In this document: positions 18,196 through 30,362 of the stretch, one piece after another
Position numbering within the stretch: position 1 is the stretch's first letter
Layout of the letters: each line of letters starts with the position of its first letter
Source: Myxococcales bacterium
Lineage (GTDB): Bacteria; Myxococcota_A; Polyangia; Polyangiales; DASUME01
Length of the DNA stretch: 64,000 nucleotides
NCBI GenBank assembly: GCA_047601445.1
Contig: JASGJH010000001.1
Span: 3,168,001 to 3,232,000 of the forward strand
Direction: 5' to 3'
Notes under the pieces: generated by a model
Databases searched by the model: none
What the model saw: the letters and a program-made list of their open reading frames with translations, nothing else
What the model was told of the DNA's origin: nothing
Program-made: the position numbers and the translations under genes

Positions 18196-20469
18196 TCAGT
18201 TGCGCTGCTTGTCGAAGTCGAAGAAGGCGCTGCGCTTCTGCCGCTTCGAACGCGGGATGCGGCGCACGTGCGGGTGGCCGTCACGGTCCACGAGCTTGAG
18301 CTTGAGCGGTCCGCGCGAGACCGGGATGTTGGCGAGCGGAGTGGTGCCGAGCACGCGGTGGCCGAGGTAGACCGTGGACCAGGGACGCGTGTTGATGGAG
18401 AGCAAGCCGTCGAGGGCGTTCGCGCGACCTTTGCGTGAGTCCGCTCCGTCTTCGGCGTCGGAGAGTCCTGCCTCCTGCGCCGCTTGCTCGTCGGGGCTCA
18501 CGCTGGGATCGCCCGCACTGGGATCCAATGGAGCGGGGGCCAGCGGGTTGCCCACCACGACGACCTCGGGGCGCTCGGGGCCGGCCTGCTCGACGGGCAC
18601 GCGGGGTCCTTCGTCGGGTCCCACGGCGCCCGCTGTGGTTTCGCCGGGCTGCGAAGGATGCGAGGCGCTCGCCTGGACGGTGGCGCTCACCGGGGCCGAC
18701 TCGGAGCTCTTGGCGACCTCGCGCGAATCGAAGCGGGCGCGCAGTGAATTGTAGCCGAGAACACCGACGGCTGCGCCGAGGGCCACGGCCAGCGTGGCGA
18801 TGGCGATGCGACGACGCCGGCCGAGCGACACGTGCATCGACTCGGTGCGCGTGGTGCGACGGTCGTCCGCGGGTGGGATCTCCATGGCCCCGGAAAGGCC
18901 TTTCACGGGCCGCGTGGGCGCATCCGAGAACGCATTCGGGCCGCGCCGGACCCGCGAGCTCTCATACTTGATGTCCGAGAACGAATCGTGGACATCGAGC
19001 GGATCGATGGAGTCGTCAGCGTAGCCAGACACCGTGTCGACGTCGGTGCCCTCGTGAAGTCGAAGGCGCCCGTCGGCCGTCCCTTCGAGACCTGACAGGG
19101 ACGAGGCCTCGCGGGAGGGCGGGCGCGAAGGAGTGGCGACAGGCTCGCTCGGCGCGGGCCGAAGAGCGCCTTGCCGGGGTGCTTCACGACCCGTCTGCGC
19201 AGGCATGGCCGGTGGCGCGGGCAGGGGGGCGTTGCCCAGGAGCCGGGGCAGGAGCGGTCGATCGTCCTGCAGAGGACTCATGTCCGTCTGCATGTCACGC
19301 AGCGCGAGCGGCACGGGCGGCAGCATGGGAGGACACGCGAGCTGTGCCCCGCGCATGGCACGCTCGAGCATGGGCCCGAGGGAGACCTCGGAAGGAAAGA
19401 GCCGGCGCGCGTAGTCGGCGATGCGCGCCGAGCTCACGGGAATGGCGTGCTCGCTCACGAAATGCAGGAGTGCGTCGCTCATCTCGAGCGCGCTCTGGAA
19501 GCGATCGGCAGGATCCTTGGCCAGCGCGCGATCGACGATTTCCGAGAGCGCCTCGGGGATACCCTCCACCACGTCGCTGATGCGCGGCATGGGTTCGTCG
19601 ACGATGGCGCGCATCACCTCGCCCTGGGTCTCGCGGCGGAACGCCATCTGGCCCGTGAGCACCTCGAACAGACAGGCACCCAGCGCGAAGATGTCGGTTC
19701 GCGCGTCGAGGGTCTCGCTGCGCCACTGCTCGGGCGCCATGTAACAGACCTTACCCTTGACGATGCCGCTCTCGGTCTGGTGCGTGTTGGCGGTGGACTT
19801 GGCGATGCCGAAGTCGAGCAGCTTCACGCGGCCGTCGTAGGCCACCATCAGGTTGTGGGGGCTGACGTCGCGGTGCACCAAGCACAGCGGCTTGCCGTCG
19901 GCATCGCGCGCGGTGTGGGCGTGGTGCAGCGCCTCGGCGCACTGCGCGAGGATCTTGGCGACCACTGCGTAGTCGTGATCGCGGCGATCGCAGGCCCGGC
20001 GGATCAACTGGTGGAGGGTCACTCCGTTGACCCACTCCATGGCGATGAACCAGGTTCCATCCTGCTCACCGACCTCGTAGATCTGGCACAGATTGGGGTG
20101 AGAAAGGCCCATCACCACGCGCGCCTCTGCCAAGAACATGCGCAGCATTTCGTCGCTGCTCGTGTTCTCGGGCAGCATGCGCTTCACCACCAGATGGCGC
20201 AGCGTGCCGGCAAACGAGCGTTCGCGGGCGAGCAGAATCTCTGCCATGCCGCCACGGCCGATGCGCCCCAGGATCTCGAAGCGACCATAGCGCTCGATGG
20301 CCGTGAGGTAGGCGTTGGGGCGCCAGCTGTGGATCGCCGGGGTGAGGCCGGAGCCGCCCGGCGAGCCGGGGCTCGGGCGCACCGCGAGGCCCGAGATCTG
20401 CGGCTCCGTGGGAGCACGCGCGAACGGATCTCCGGCAGGCACCACGGACGACGGAACGAGATCCGACAT
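18196..20469 (-). CDS. Membrane Ser/Thr protein kinase with PEGA-like C-terminal domain
   Basis: Canonical [29 protein letters not shown] helix, then [18 protein letters not shown]. Start uncertain. Confidence 0.9.
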   Translation of the reverse strand: MSDLVPSSVVPAGDPFARAPTEPQISGLAVRPSPGSPGGSGLTPAIHSWRPNAYLTAIERYGRFEILGRIGRGGMAEILLARERSFAGTLRHLVVKRMLPENTSSDEMLRMFLAEARVVMGLSHPNLCQIYEVGEQDGTWFIAMEWVNGVTLHQLIRRACDRRDHDYAVVAKILAQCAEALHHAHTARDADGKPLCLVHRDVSPHNLMVAYDGRVKLLDFGIAKSTANTHQTESGIVKGKVCYMAPEQWRSETLDARTDIFALGACLFEVLTGQMAFRRETQGEVMRAIVDEPMPRISDVVEGIPEALSEIVDRALAKDPADRFQSALEMSDALLHFVSEHAIPVSSARIADYARRLFPSEVSLGPMLERAMRGAQLACPPMLPPVPLALRDMQTDMSPLQDDRPLLPRLLGNAPLPAPPAMPAQTGREAPRQGALRPAPSEPVATPSRPPSREASSLSGLEGTADGRLRLHEGTDVDTVSGYADDSIDPLDVHDSFSDIKYESSRVRRGPNAFSDAPTRPVKGLSGAMEIPPADDRRTTRTESMHVSLGRRRRIAIATLAVALGAAVGVLGYNSLRARFDSREVAKSSESAPVSATVQASASHPSQPGETTAGAVGPDEGPRVPVEQAGPERPEVVVVGNPLAPAPLDPSAGDPSVSPDEQAAQEAGLSDAEDGADSRKGRANALDGLLSINTRPWSTVYLGHRVLGTTPLANIPVSRGPLKLKLVDRDGHPHVRRIPRSKRQKRSAFFDFDKQRN

Positions 20470-20605
20470 CGTGGGCTGGAGGAGATGCTCGCTATGCTGC
20501 GACGGGTGCTTCACGGGCTCCTTGAATCGTACGGCAGTGTTCCTCGGCGCGGGAAGAGCCGCATTCATCGTATGATGTGCCTCCGTCATCCTAAAACGGT
20601 TCGCA

Positions 20606-21457
20606 ATGCGATGCGCTAGTTCATTCAGTAAGCCAGCCGTGTACGCATGGGTCGCTTTTCTGGTGCTCTGTGCGGCAGGTGCGCCCTCACGCACCGTGCA
20701 AGCGCAGTTGCGAGAGCATCCGGAGGTCGCCCTGACCGACGCCAGAGCGGCGCTGGAAAAGGCGCGCTTCGACGTGGCCAAGCAGCGCGCGCAGCGGCTC
20801 CTCGAGCGCAGCGACCTGGACGCTCGCACGCGCAACGCCGCGCTCGAGTTGTCGGCCATCATCGACACCGCCGCCCGCCGCGAGCGTGCCGCCCAGGCCA
20901 CCCTGGCCGAGCTCTACGCGCGCGACCCGCTCCATCCACGCCGCGTATACGATCCGGGTCCCGCCGTGGAGACGGCCTTCGCCAAGGCGCATGCGCGCAC
21001 GCAGGGCCCGGTGCAGGTGGCGTTCAGCGCGCTGACGCGCCGCCAAGACGACGGCACGTTGCTACTGCAGCTGCGCATCTATCGCGGAGCCAACGCGGTG
21101 GAGAGCATGCACGTGCGCCTGTGGTTGCCCGGCGAGAACGCAGACCCCGTGGAGGTCAGCGCCGTGCTCGGCTTGCGTGAACAGCTTTCGCTGACGCTGC
21201 CCACGCCGCTCTCCTATACGGGCCCCTTGCCAGTCGTGATGGAAGCGCGTTCTCCGGGCGGCTACGTGCTCGGACACATCGGCAGCCTCGAAACGCCCGC
21301 ACAGCTAGCGATTCCACCGGGCCCGCCCAGCGAGCCGGTGATTCCGGCGTGTCCCGCGCCCGAGCGTAGGCCGCTCAGGCGCGAGTGGTGGCTCTGGACC
21401 TCCGTGGGCGTAGTGGTCACCGGACTCGCGTTCAGCGCTGGCTACCTCGCGCAATGA
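20606..21457 (+). CDS. Exported hypothetical protein, TPR-like N-terminus with C-terminal membrane anchor
   Basis: Signal-like N-terminus, helical repeat, and [17 protein letters not shown] tail. Confidence 0.65.
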   Translation: MRCASSFSKPAVYAWVAFLVLCAAGAPSRTVQAQLREHPEVALTDARAALEKARFDVAKQRAQRLLERSDLDARTRNAALELSAIIDTAARRERAAQATLAELYARDPLHPRRVYDPGPAVETAFAKAHARTQGPVQVAFSALTRRQDDGTLLLQLRIYRGANAVESMHVRLWLPGENADPVEVSAVLGLREQLSLTLPTPLSYTGPLPVVMEARSPGGYVLGHIGSLETPAQLAIPPGPPSEPVIPACPAPERRPLRREWWLWTSVGVVVTGLAFSAGYLAQ

Positions 21458-21491
21458 TCGGCCGGCGGCCATGCTTGGGGCTGGAGGACCC

Positions 21492-21782
21492 ATGCCCATT
21501 GCCAAGCTGCGAGACGAAGAAGTTCAGGCGCGCCTTTCCGCGTTGTCGGGCTGGCAACTGGTCGAGGGCAAGCTGTTCCGCGAGTACCGCTTCAAGGACT
21601 TCGTGGGGGCCTTTGGCTTCATGAGCCGCTGTGCGTTGGTGGCCGAGCGCATGGATCACCACCCCGAATGGAGCAACGTCTACAACCGTGTCGACGTGTT
21701 CCTGACGACCCATGATTGCCAGGGCCTGAGTGAGCGCGACTTCGCGCTTGCACAACGCATGAACGAGCTCTACCAAGCCTGA
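21492..21782 (+). CDS. phhB: Pterin-4-alpha-carbinolamine dehydratase
   Basis: [23 protein letters not shown] Shine-Dalgarno. Confidence 0.93.
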   Translation: MPIAKLRDEEVQARLSALSGWQLVEGKLFREYRFKDFVGAFGFMSRCALVAERMDHHPEWSNVYNRVDVFLTTHDCQGLSERDFALAQRMNELYQA

Positions 21783-21785
21783 TTC

Positions 21786-22832
21786 ATGCCGCGCCGGATC
21801 CAGCATCGCTATCGCGACCCACTCGAGCTGGTCTGGCTGCAATGCGCGCGCGAGCTGGGCATCGAGGTAGTGCGCTCGAACGAGGTCTATGCGTCGTTCG
21901 ACGGGAAGCGCACGCTCACGCTCAGCTCGGCCGAGCACTTCGACGCCGACGACAGCCTGGCGCAGCTGATCTTCCATGAGCTGTGTCACGCGCTGGTGGC
22001 GGGAGAGCGCGGACGAGGACGCGCGGACTGGGGCATGGAGAACGTCGACGAGCGGGACGTCCTGCAAGAGCACGCATGTCACCGGCTGCAGGCGGCGCTG
22101 GCGGGACGCCACGGGCTGCGCGAGTTCTTTGCCGTGACCACCGACTGGCGCAGTTACTGGGACGCGCTCCCTCTGGACCCGCTGGCGCCCGGAGCCGACC
22201 CGGCGATCCCGCTCGCGCGCGAGGCCTACGTGCGCGCGCGGCGCGGGCCTTGGGCAGCGGCCATCGAGCAGGCCCTCGCGCGCACGCGCGAGGTGGCGGA
22301 GCTGGTGCGGGGGCTCGGAACAGGCCTCGAAAGCGACAGCCTGTGGCTGCGTACGCGCGCGCTGCACGCGAGTGGGTTCGCGCTGGGCGACCGCCCCGAG
22401 CAGCGCTGCGGGGACTGTGCCTTCGGCTTCGAGCAAGGCGGCGTGCTGCGCTGTCGCAAGAGCGCGATCGAGCCGCCTCGCAAACACGCCCGCGTGTCGG
22501 CGGACGCCCAGGCCTGCGAGCGCTTCGAAGCGCGCTTCGACGAGAACACCTGCGGCGAGTGCGGCGCGTGCTGCCGTGAAGGGTTCGATCGCGTCGACGT
22601 GCGGGCGCGGGACCTGGTGCGCAAACGCCACCCCGAGCTCGTCAAGGTCGACGGCTTCGGCGCGCATTTGCCGCGTCCCGGCGGGCGCTGCGTGGCGCTC
22701 ACGGGCGGCGAGCAGGCGAACAGCCCCTATCGCTGCCGGGTCTACGCCGAACGCCCGAGCGCCTGCGCGGACTTCGCCATGGGCGGGGACGCCTGTCTGA
22801 CCGCGCGGCGTCGGGTGGGACTCAGCGCTTGA
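21786..22832 (+). CDS. HExxH domain plus YkgJ-type cysteine-cluster protein
   Basis: FHELCH, CGDC..C..C, CGECGACC...C...CRVYAERPSAC. Confidence 0.8.
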   Translation: MPRRIQHRYRDPLELVWLQCARELGIEVVRSNEVYASFDGKRTLTLSSAEHFDADDSLAQLIFHELCHALVAGERGRGRADWGMENVDERDVLQEHACHRLQAALAGRHGLREFFAVTTDWRSYWDALPLDPLAPGADPAIPLAREAYVRARRGPWAAAIEQALARTREVAELVRGLGTGLESDSLWLRTRALHASGFALGDRPEQRCGDCAFGFEQGGVLRCRKSAIEPPRKHARVSADAQACERFEARFDENTCGECGACCREGFDRVDVRARDLVRKRHPELVKVDGFGAHLPRPGGRCVALTGGEQANSPYRCRVYAERPSACADFAMGGDACLTARRRVGLSA

Positions 22833-24150
22833 GTGCAGCGCTCGGTGCAGCCCGCGGGAACAACCGAATCCAGCACGCGCCCGCGAAGGCCGCCATGAAC
22901 GGCACGAACGGCGCGTGGTAGCGATCGCCGCCGATGTACACGAAGTGGAGCGCGAGCATGGCCACGATGGGCGTGCACAGCAGCCAGAACAACAGGCGCT
23001 GGCGCAACGCGCTGGCCGCCGCTGCAGCCAGGCCCACACCGAATAGGCACAGGAGCCCGAGCCAATACGCGCGACAGGCCGCCAAGCACAGGAGCAGCAC
23101 GCGCTCGCTGCGAGCCCCCGGCGGCAGACCACCCGCGAGCACCTGCGCAGGTGCCGAATCGTGCCCCAACGTGGCCGAGACCTTGAGCACGCCGCGCGCC
23201 AGCCATGCCACGGGATCCCGGCGGATGCGAGCGAGCGCGCGGTCACGGCGACAGCGGTCGACCTTGACCTCGGGCATGCCGTGCGGACAATCGTAACGCG
23301 GATCGAGCGAGCCATAGCCGCCCTCCCCCACGGTCCCGAGCAGCAAGTTCAAGCCACCGTTGGTGGAGACCATCACCGGGGCATGCAGCGTGTTCTGATT
23401 GCGCACCATCCAGGGCGTGAGCGGAAGGATCGAGCACGCGAGGGCCAACGCCCCGAGGCGCGCCGCGTGCCACAGTCGCTCGGACACGCGCTCCGCCCGC
23501 GTCCAGCCGACCAGGAAGCCGAGCAAGGGCGTGATCACCAGCGAGGTGGGGCGCACGTAGGCGGCGAGACCGAGCCAAAACGCAGCCCAAAACAACATGC
23601 GCGTGCGGTTCCTGCGCCGTGCGTACACCAGGGGAATCAAGGCGACACACAAGAGGACGCCGAACAAAGGCTCGGTGAACCAGGACGCCGCGAGCACCAC
23701 GCCGCCGGGCCAGAGGGCGACCAACCAGGCTGCGACACGCCCGGCGCGCGCGCCTCCCAGGCGGCGTCCGAGATACCAGGCGGCGGGCACCAGCAAGCTG
23801 CAACACAGCACCTGGAACCATGGGTCGAGACGTCGATCGCCCGCCGTTCGGTGCAGCACCGAGAGCACGGCCGCGTAGCCAGGAGGAAAGAACGCAGTGG
23901 CCTTGGCAGGCGCGCTGGGATCGAGGATGCGCTGGGTATATCCCTCTCCGTGCGCGAGCTGTTCGGCGGCGCGCTCGTAGATGACGCCGTCCCAACTCGG
24001 CACAGCCGAAAGGGCCACCACGAACAGCGCGCGCAGCAGGCAAGCCACCAGCGTGATGCGCACCACGTGGGGAAGGCCCGTGAGGCTCAGGCGCGCGCCT
24101 CGAGCGTGGGACGAGAGCAGTTCGCGTTCTGCCTGTGTCACGTCCCTCAC
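22822..24150 (-). CDS. GT-C fold glycosyltransferase (family 39/ArnT-like)
   Basis: Polytopic membrane protein with SWDGVIY, FFPPGY, TEPLF, YVRP, PWMVRN, STNGG, RYHAP. Confidence 0.8.
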   Translation of the reverse strand: MRDVTQAERELLSSHARGARLSLTGLPHVVRITLVACLLRALFVVALSAVPSWDGVIYERAAEQLAHGEGYTQRILDPSAPAKATAFFPPGYAAVLSVLHRTAGDRRLDPWFQVLCCSLLVPAAWYLGRRLGGARAGRVAAWLVALWPGGVVLAASWFTEPLFGVLLCVALIPLVYARRRNRTRMLFWAAFWLGLAAYVRPTSLVITPLLGFLVGWTRAERVSERLWHAARLGALALACSILPLTPWMVRNQNTLHAPVMVSTNGGLNLLLGTVGEGGYGSLDPRYDCPHGMPEVKVDRCRRDRALARIRRDPVAWLARGVLKVSATLGHDSAPAQVLAGGLPPGARSERVLLLCLAACRAYWLGLLCLFGVGLAAAAASALRQRLLFWLLCTPIVAMLALHFVYIGGDRYHAPFVPFMAAFAGACWIRLFPRAAPSAALKR

Positions 24151-24265
24151 TTACCGCACAAGAGCGCCCGCGGGTACCTTGCGCAGGCCATTTCACAGGA
24201 AGTTTGACGGGCTGATACGTCCGCGTGCGGGAGCTGTCGCGAGTCCTTTTTAGGGTACGAGCCCG

Positions 24266-25666
24266 ATGGGGTTCACGCGCAGTACGCGGGCTGGCCTACT
24301 GGTGTTAGTGGCGGTTTTGCTCTCACTGGCAATCCTGCATCGCACGACGGGTCGCGCGGCCGTCGAAGGCTCCGAGTCGGTCTTCGTGGTGCGCGCCGTG
24401 GACGAGCAGGGAGCGCCGCTGGTGGGCCGCTTGCGGCTCGCGCCAGCCGATTGGAGCGAGCGCGTCCGTCTGGGCGCGGTGAGCGACCTGTTGCGAGCGA
24501 TCCCCGAGAGCGGGCTCACCATGCGGGTGCCGGCGGGCCGCTATCGCGCGTTCGTTTCACGCGGGCCCGAGTGGTCGATCGCGCAGACCGAGATCGCACT
24601 AGAACCGAAGGCGCGTCTGGAGCGCCGCGTCCTGCTGACTCACCAGGTGAGCCTAGCGGGCTACCGCGGCGCGGACCTGCACGTCCACACCGAGCGCAGT
24701 ATGGACGCCCACGAGCGCGGTGGGGTCGGCGCGCAGGACCTGGCCGCCGAGGGCGTGACCTTGGCCGCAGTCACGGATCACAACGTGATCGGAGGCCTGG
24801 GACCCGAAATCGACTCGGTGGCAGGCGCCGAGGTCACCACGTGGGCCCCGGAGGTGGGACACTTCAACGCGTTCCCACTACGGAAGCTACCGAGTTACAG
24901 GAACACCACGCCCGAGCGCTTGTTCCGCGAGCTGCGCGAGGACCCACGCGTGTTCGTGCAGATCAATCATCCGCGTCTCGAGGACCATATCTCGTACTTC
25001 GCGCTCGGCGGCTTCGATGGGCGCGGCTTCTCGCAGCCTGGCTTCAGCCTGGCGGCCGACGGCATCGAAGTCTTCAACGGCTATCACATCGGTCAGACCG
25101 ACCAGGTGCGCCGGCTGCTCGGCGAGTATCGACGCTACATCGCTCAGGGAAACCGCCTCACGGCTACCGGCGGGAGCGACAGCCATAGCGCGCGCAAGCA
25201 TCCACCGGGCTATCCGCGCACTTACGTGCGCGCGGAGAGCGGCACCGAGCTCGCCCCGGCCCTCAAACGCGGGGCCGCCTTCGTGAGCAACGGTCCGTTG
25301 GTCTCGATCACCGCGCAGGGCAAGGGCCCCGGCGATACGGTCGATGTCGATGCGCGCGGTCACCTCGAGGTGGAGATCACGGTACTCGCGCCAGACTGGC
25401 TCGAGCTGGAAGAAATCAGCCTGTGGGCCGATGACGAACGCGTGTGGTCGCACGAGCTGCCCAGCATGCGCGCGCGTCGTCACAAGCCGCTGACGTTCCG
25501 CACCACGATCCGCGTCAACGCCAGGCGGGCCCGCAGCTTGTCAGCCGTGGTGGATGGTGGACGCGGGCTCGAGCTCTTGCTCGGGCGCCGCGATGTGGTG
25601 CCCTTCGCCTTCACCAATCCGCTGTATCTGCGCCCCGCGCAGCCGACGCAGCGCGCGAGCCGCTAG
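24266..25666 (+). CDS. PHP-domain (CehA/McbA-like) metallohydrolase, exported
   Basis: ADLHVHT, TDHN, GHFNAFP, QINHP, IEVFNG, GGSDSH. Confidence 0.85.
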   Translation: MGFTRSTRAGLLVLVAVLLSLAILHRTTGRAAVEGSESVFVVRAVDEQGAPLVGRLRLAPADWSERVRLGAVSDLLRAIPESGLTMRVPAGRYRAFVSRGPEWSIAQTEIALEPKARLERRVLLTHQVSLAGYRGADLHVHTERSMDAHERGGVGAQDLAAEGVTLAAVTDHNVIGGLGPEIDSVAGAEVTTWAPEVGHFNAFPLRKLPSYRNTTPERLFRELREDPRVFVQINHPRLEDHISYFALGGFDGRGFSQPGFSLAADGIEVFNGYHIGQTDQVRRLLGEYRRYIAQGNRLTATGGSDSHSARKHPPGYPRTYVRAESGTELAPALKRGAAFVSNGPLVSITAQGKGPGDTVDVDARGHLEVEITVLAPDWLELEEISLWADDERVWSHELPSMRARRHKPLTFRTTIRVNARRARSLSAVVDGGRGLELLLGRRDVVPFAFTNPLYLRPAQPTQRASR

Positions 25667-26773
25667 CTCGGCCGGCTTCACGTGGTCCCACAGCACCACG
25701 ATGGACAGGGTGTAGAAGGCCACCGCCGCGAAGATCAAGCTGGACTCGCCGAGTTCGAAGACGCGGCCGAAGCGCACGAGGCCGGTGGTGAAGGGCGTGC
25801 CGTAGAGCACGAGCAGGTGGGTCACGTAGGCCACCAGAGATTGACGGGACAGGGTGTCGAATAGCCGCGCCGCGCGCGGGAAACCGGCGCGGGCCCGATT
25901 GCACGCGGGATCGAGCGCGATCAGCGCACCGAGCAGCGCCAGCACCAGCAGCGCGCGAAAGCCCACGTACATCGGGTTGGTGTGCCAGAAGTCGTGTTGA
26001 CCATAGAACCCGCGCAGGCGCTCGCCGTGCTCCCAGCTCACGTAGATGCCGTGGGCGCCGGCCAGGCCCAGCGCGAGCGAGCCGAGCGCCGCATGCCAAG
26101 GGGCGCGGCGCGCATAGGGAACGAGGCCCGAACTCAGCACGCCGAGAAAGAAGAACACCGCCCAGGGGAAGAACGGAAACAGGGAGCCCGCCTGACCATC
26201 GACCCACATGCCGAGCGGCGGCAACCAGCGGGTGGAGACTTGGGGCAGCCACACCCACGGAGAACACAGGCCGAGTCCCAGCGTGAACAGCGAGAGCACG
26301 AGCGTGTAAGCGCGGGACGAGCGCAGGCAGCCCCAGGCGAGCTCACACAGCAAGAGACACAGCCCCACCAGCTGCAGCGGTCCCACCGCGAACATGGCGC
26401 GCAGCTGCACGGGGAACTCCGCGAGGCGAAAGAGCGGAACTTGGGGCCATTGCAGGAGGTAGCCGAGCCCGATCAACGTAAGCCCTCGCCGCACGATGCG
26501 AGCATCGACCCGCGCGCCCGGATCGGCCCCACGCCGACGGCTCGACACCATCCCGTAGGCCAGACCACCTCCGACCAGGAACATGGGAGCGGTGAGCCCG
26601 TGCAGCAGGGTGTAGAGCCGAACCCAGCGGCCGGCGAAGGCACTCGGCTTGGCCAACTCGGTGAACGTGTGGCCCTGAATCATCAGGAGCACGGCCAGGC
26701 CCCGGAAGGTGTCGAGAACCGACCAACGAGAGCCTTGGGCTCGGGAGCTTGCGGGCGATACTTCCTGAGACAC
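25541..26773 (-). CDS. DUF1624/HGSNAT-like membrane acyltransferase
   Basis: LDTFRGLAVLLMIQGH, APMF, FPFFPW, SLVAYVTH. Multiple TM helices. Start uncertain. Confidence 0.8.
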   Translation of the reverse strand: MSQEVSPASSRAQGSRWSVLDTFRGLAVLLMIQGHTFTELAKPSAFAGRWVRLYTLLHGLTAPMFLVGGGLAYGMVSSRRRGADPGARVDARIVRRGLTLIGLGYLLQWPQVPLFRLAEFPVQLRAMFAVGPLQLVGLCLLLCELAWGCLRSSRAYTLVLSLFTLGLGLCSPWVWLPQVSTRWLPPLGMWVDGQAGSLFPFFPWAVFFFLGVLSSGLVPYARRAPWHAALGSLALGLAGAHGIYVSWEHGERLRGFYGQHDFWHTNPMYVGFRALLVLALLGALIALDPACNRARAGFPRAARLFDTLSRQSLVAYVTHLLVLYGTPFTTGLVRFGRVFELGESSLIFAAVAFYTLSIVVLWDHVKPAELAARALRRLRGAQIQRIGEGEGHHIAAPEQELEPASTIHHG

Positions 26774-26881
26774 GCGGCCGGACCTTAGCAACTTTCCTGA
26801 AGCAGCTGGTGGCAGAGGGGTGACGATTGCGAGTGGCGCGGGGACCACCTCGTGCGGGGTCGGTCGCCGAGAAATCGTGAG

Positions 26882-28231
26882 ATGTGGTACGAGAACGCCG
26901 TGACGGGATCGCGGGGAACCGGGAAAAACGCTTCAATCTCGTGGAGTCGGGCTGCCCTGGGCGGGCTGGCCATGCTGACCGCGAGCGCTGCGTCGGTCCG
27001 CGCGGACGACCAAGTCTTGAGCCCTGAGGTGCCCCCCGCGCCATTCTGGCAAGCGGCCAAGAACCCCGATCTGGCGCGCATCGACGCGCTCTTGCGGCAA
27101 GGGCGAGCGCGCCTGCAGCCGGCGCTGGGCTTCGGCCTGCTGTTCGGCGCGGAGGCCTCCATCCACCGTCGCACGGGCGTGGAGAACGCCCTGGCCCGCT
27201 TCGAGCGCGCGCTGAGCATCGATCCCAAGCATCCCGAGGCGCTTTATCTGGCCGGTAAGGCTCTGGCGCTGTGGGAGCGCCGCACACCGCAGGGAAAGAT
27301 CGAGCGTCGAACGCGTGAGGCCATCGAGCGCTTCGAGGAATTGCGAGCTGTGGATCCGCTGTACGAAGCCGAGGACGTGGCCTTCGAGTTGGGCGTGCTG
27401 CTGACGCGTGAGGAGGACTTTCGCGGCGCGGCAGAGGCCTACGAGCGCGCGCTTGCGCTGCGCCTGGGCGCGGGCTCGCCGAGCACCATCCTCTCGAACC
27501 TGGCGGAGGTCTCGATGCAGGCCGAGGACCTCGAGCGGGCGGTGAGCTTGTACGGCCGAGCGGCCCTGGAGGGCAGCCGCGAAGAGCGCGTGCTGGCGCT
27601 GTGGGGCATGGCGGTGGCGCTGGATCGGTTGGGCGAGACGGGCGAATCCCTGGAGCGCGCCAAGCTCGCCATCCGCGACGACCAGCGGCCGATGGCCGCG
27701 CTCAAGCAGGGTCGCGTGTTCTTCGTGCCGGCCTACGAAGCGCACTACTACGACGGCCTGGGTCTGCTCGCGATGGCCGACCTCGAGGCAGGCGAAGGGT
27801 TGTCGCTCGAGCACCTGCTGGCCAACATGCAGCGCGCGCTGTCGCGCCCGGCTGCGGTCAACGTGCTCGTCGGTCTGCGCCAACAGCTGGCGGGACTCGC
27901 CGAGGAAGGGCACGGCGACCTACTGCAGCCGCTGACGCAGCTGGTGGAGCGCAACTTGAGCAAGCTGCCGCGACCGCGACCGGTGTTGCGATCGGAGGAG
28001 AAGCCGCTCGTGCCCGAGCCCGCCGCCAAGGCCGGCTTGCTGTGCGTGCAGTCACTGCGGGCGTTTTTGCGCTACCTCGACGCGAGCTCGAAGCTGCGCG
28101 GAGAACAGGGGCCGTGGGCGCTCGACGCGCGCGCGCACGTAGATCAGTTGCTCGCCTGGTTGAGCGGGGGACTCAAGCCCAGCCAGGCTACGCGTCACGC
28201 CGCTCCGAATCCGCCGCAGGCTCCACGTTGA
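26882..28231 (+). CDS. Exported TPR protein
   Basis: Signal-like segment and several TPRs ([23 protein letters not shown]). Confidence 0.75.
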   Translation: MWYENAVTGSRGTGKNASISWSRAALGGLAMLTASAASVRADDQVLSPEVPPAPFWQAAKNPDLARIDALLRQGRARLQPALGFGLLFGAEASIHRRTGVENALARFERALSIDPKHPEALYLAGKALALWERRTPQGKIERRTREAIERFEELRAVDPLYEAEDVAFELGVLLTREEDFRGAAEAYERALALRLGAGSPSTILSNLAEVSMQAEDLERAVSLYGRAALEGSREERVLALWGMAVALDRLGETGESLERAKLAIRDDQRPMAALKQGRVFFVPAYEAHYYDGLGLLAMADLEAGEGLSLEHLLANMQRALSRPAAVNVLVGLRQQLAGLAEEGHGDLLQPLTQLVERNLSKLPRPRPVLRSEEKPLVPEPAAKAGLLCVQSLRAFLRYLDASSKLRGEQGPWALDARAHVDQLLAWLSGGLKPSQATRHAAPNPPQAPR

Positions 28232-30362
28232 CCCGGACATCGTAGAAGAGCGCGCCGGCGCCCATGTCTGCCTCGGCCTGGGACACCAGGCGATTCACAT
28301 TGCGCTTGTCGGGCGAGAACTTGCTCCACCATACGCCCGGGATCACCAGGGTCCCCGGCACCACGTCGAGCGCGATTCGGGCGGGCAACTCGAGCTCACC
28401 GCAGGCGTTGTAGACGCGCACGCGCTGGCCCTCCGAGAGCCCGCGCGGTGCGGCGTCCTGTGGATGCAAGAGCACGTGGGGCTCGCGCTCGCGTTTCTGC
28501 AGCCGCTCCACGTTCACGAAGGTGCTGTTCAGAAAGCCATGGGCCGGCGGCGACAGGCAGAGCAGCGGATAGTGCTCGCTCTCGCTCGGCGTCGCACGCG
28601 CGTGGTTGGGCGGCGTGTAGTCGGGCAGCGGGTCGTAGCCGTCGTCCAACATGCGCTGCGAGTAGAGCTCGCACTTTCCCGACGGCGTCGGAAAGCCACC
28701 CTCGGCGAACGGTGTAGGGCCGATTTCGACGCGCGCGTAGCCGTCGCGCAGCAAGTTGGGCCAGCTGAAATGGACCAGATGAGGGGCCGTTTGATCCGAG
28801 AGCAGCACCTCGATCATGCGCTGATCGTCGTCACCGAAGCAGGCATCCGTGTAGCCCATGGCGCGCGCGAGGCCGCGAAAGATCTCGGAGTTGGGCCTGC
28901 TCTCGCCCACGGGCGCGATGGCCGGGCGATTGAGGGCCATGCGCAGGTGACCGTAGGGACGCACCAGATCCCAGTGCTCGAGCTGAGTGGTGGCGGGCAA
29001 CAGGTAGTCGGCGTAGTCGGCGGTGTCCGTCTGGAAGTGCTCGAGCACCACGCTGAACAAATCCTCGCGCGACAGCCCCTCCACCACCGCGCCCTGGTCG
29101 GGCGCCACCGCGGCGGGGTTCGTGTTGTAGACGATCAGCGCGTGCACGGCGGGACCGGCCTCGCTGGCGGAGGGCACGCGATCGACCGGACGCGGGCGAT
29201 AGTGGGCCAATGCACGCCGCTCCGCAGCGTGGCTCAAGGCGTCGCCCAGGCGATTCATGTTGAAGGTGCGTGGCCGCCGATCACCCAACAAATCAGGCCG
29301 CTGCAATCCCCGCGTGTCGAGCCGATAGTGCCCGCTCGCGCTCAAGAGGATGCCGCCACCGGGGCGCTGCCAGGCGCCGACCAGCGCGGGCAGACAGGCA
29401 ATGTTGCGGACCGCCATGCCGCCGCCGGCGTGCCGTTGCATGCCGTAGTTCACCCGGATGGCAGGGGCGCGCGCGCGCCCGTAGCTACGAGCGAGCTCTA
29501 CGATGATCTCGGCAGGGACTTGCGTGATCTCGGCGGTGCGCTCGGGGGTCCAGCTTTGGACGCGCTCAGCGAGCGCAGAGAAGCCCACGGTGGCCCGCTC
29601 CACGTAGGCGTGGTCGACCAGGTCCTCGCGCACCAGGACGTGCATCATCCCGAGTGCCAGAGCACCGTCGGTGCCCGGCTTGATGCCGACCCAAGTATCG
29701 GCTTGCTTGGCAGTCCGCGTTCGTACCGGGTCGATCACCACCAGGCGCGCGCCGCGCTTGCGCGCCTCTTGCACGAAGGGCCACAGGTGCACGTTGCTGG
29801 TCAGCGTGTTGCTGCCCCAGATCCAGATCAGGTCGCTGTGGACGATGAGCTCCGGGTCCACGCCCATGGCGCGCCCCGTGGTGTAGAGCAGTCCCTCGAA
29901 GCCCGCCTCCGAACAGATGGTACGCGCCAGGAGCGAGGCGCCCATCCGGTGGAAGAAGCGCGCGGCCATGCCCTCGCCCTGGATGTACCCCATGGTGCCT
30001 GCGTAGGAATAGGGCAGCACCGACTCGGCGCCGTGGCAGGCGATGACGTCGTGCAGGCGCGCGGCGATCTCGCGGAAGGCCGTGTCCCAGCTGACGGGCT
30101 CGAACAGCCCTGCCCCCTTGGGCCCGCTGCGACGCATGGGCTGCGTCAAGCGCTGGGGGTGATAGGTGCGATCGAGGTAGCGGTCCACCTTGGTGCAGAG
30201 GACCCCCTGGGTTACGGGATGCTCGGGATCCCCCCAAAGCTCGAGCGCGCGGCCCGTGTTCCGATCGACGGCCACCTGCCACGAGCACGTGTCGGGACAA
30301 TCGTGGGGGCACGCGCCACGCACCAGCTCGACCTCGGGCCCAAAGCGCTCCTTGGCTCGCAT
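28188..30362 (-). CDS. Molybdopterin oxidoreductase family protein
   Basis: [10 protein letters not shown] Fe-S motif, [27 protein letters not shown]-terminal molydop-binding domain (LNSTF, LHPQDA). Confidence 0.92.
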   Translation of the reverse strand: MRAKERFGPEVELVRGACPHDCPDTCSWQVAVDRNTGRALELWGDPEHPVTQGVLCTKVDRYLDRTYHPQRLTQPMRRSGPKGAGLFEPVSWDTAFREIAARLHDVIACHGAESVLPYSYAGTMGYIQGEGMAARFFHRMGASLLARTICSEAGFEGLLYTTGRAMGVDPELIVHSDLIWIWGSNTLTSNVHLWPFVQEARKRGARLVVIDPVRTRTAKQADTWVGIKPGTDGALALGMMHVLVREDLVDHAYVERATVGFSALAERVQSWTPERTAEITQVPAEIIVELARSYGRARAPAIRVNYGMQRHAGGGMAVRNIACLPALVGAWQRPGGGILLSASGHYRLDTRGLQRPDLLGDRRPRTFNMNRLGDALSHAAERRALAHYRPRPVDRVPSASEAGPAVHALIVYNTNPAAVAPDQGAVVEGLSREDLFSVVLEHFQTDTADYADYLLPATTQLEHWDLVRPYGHLRMALNRPAIAPVGESRPNSEIFRGLARAMGYTDACFGDDDQRMIEVLLSDQTAPHLVHFSWPNLLRDGYARVEIGPTPFAEGGFPTPSGKCELYSQRMLDDGYDPLPDYTPPNHARATPSESEHYPLLCLSPPAHGFLNSTFVNVERLQKREREPHVLLHPQDAAPRGLSEGQRVRVYNACGELELPARIALDVVPGTLVIPGVWWSKFSPDKRNVNRLVSQAEADMGAGALFYDVRVNVEPAADSERRDA

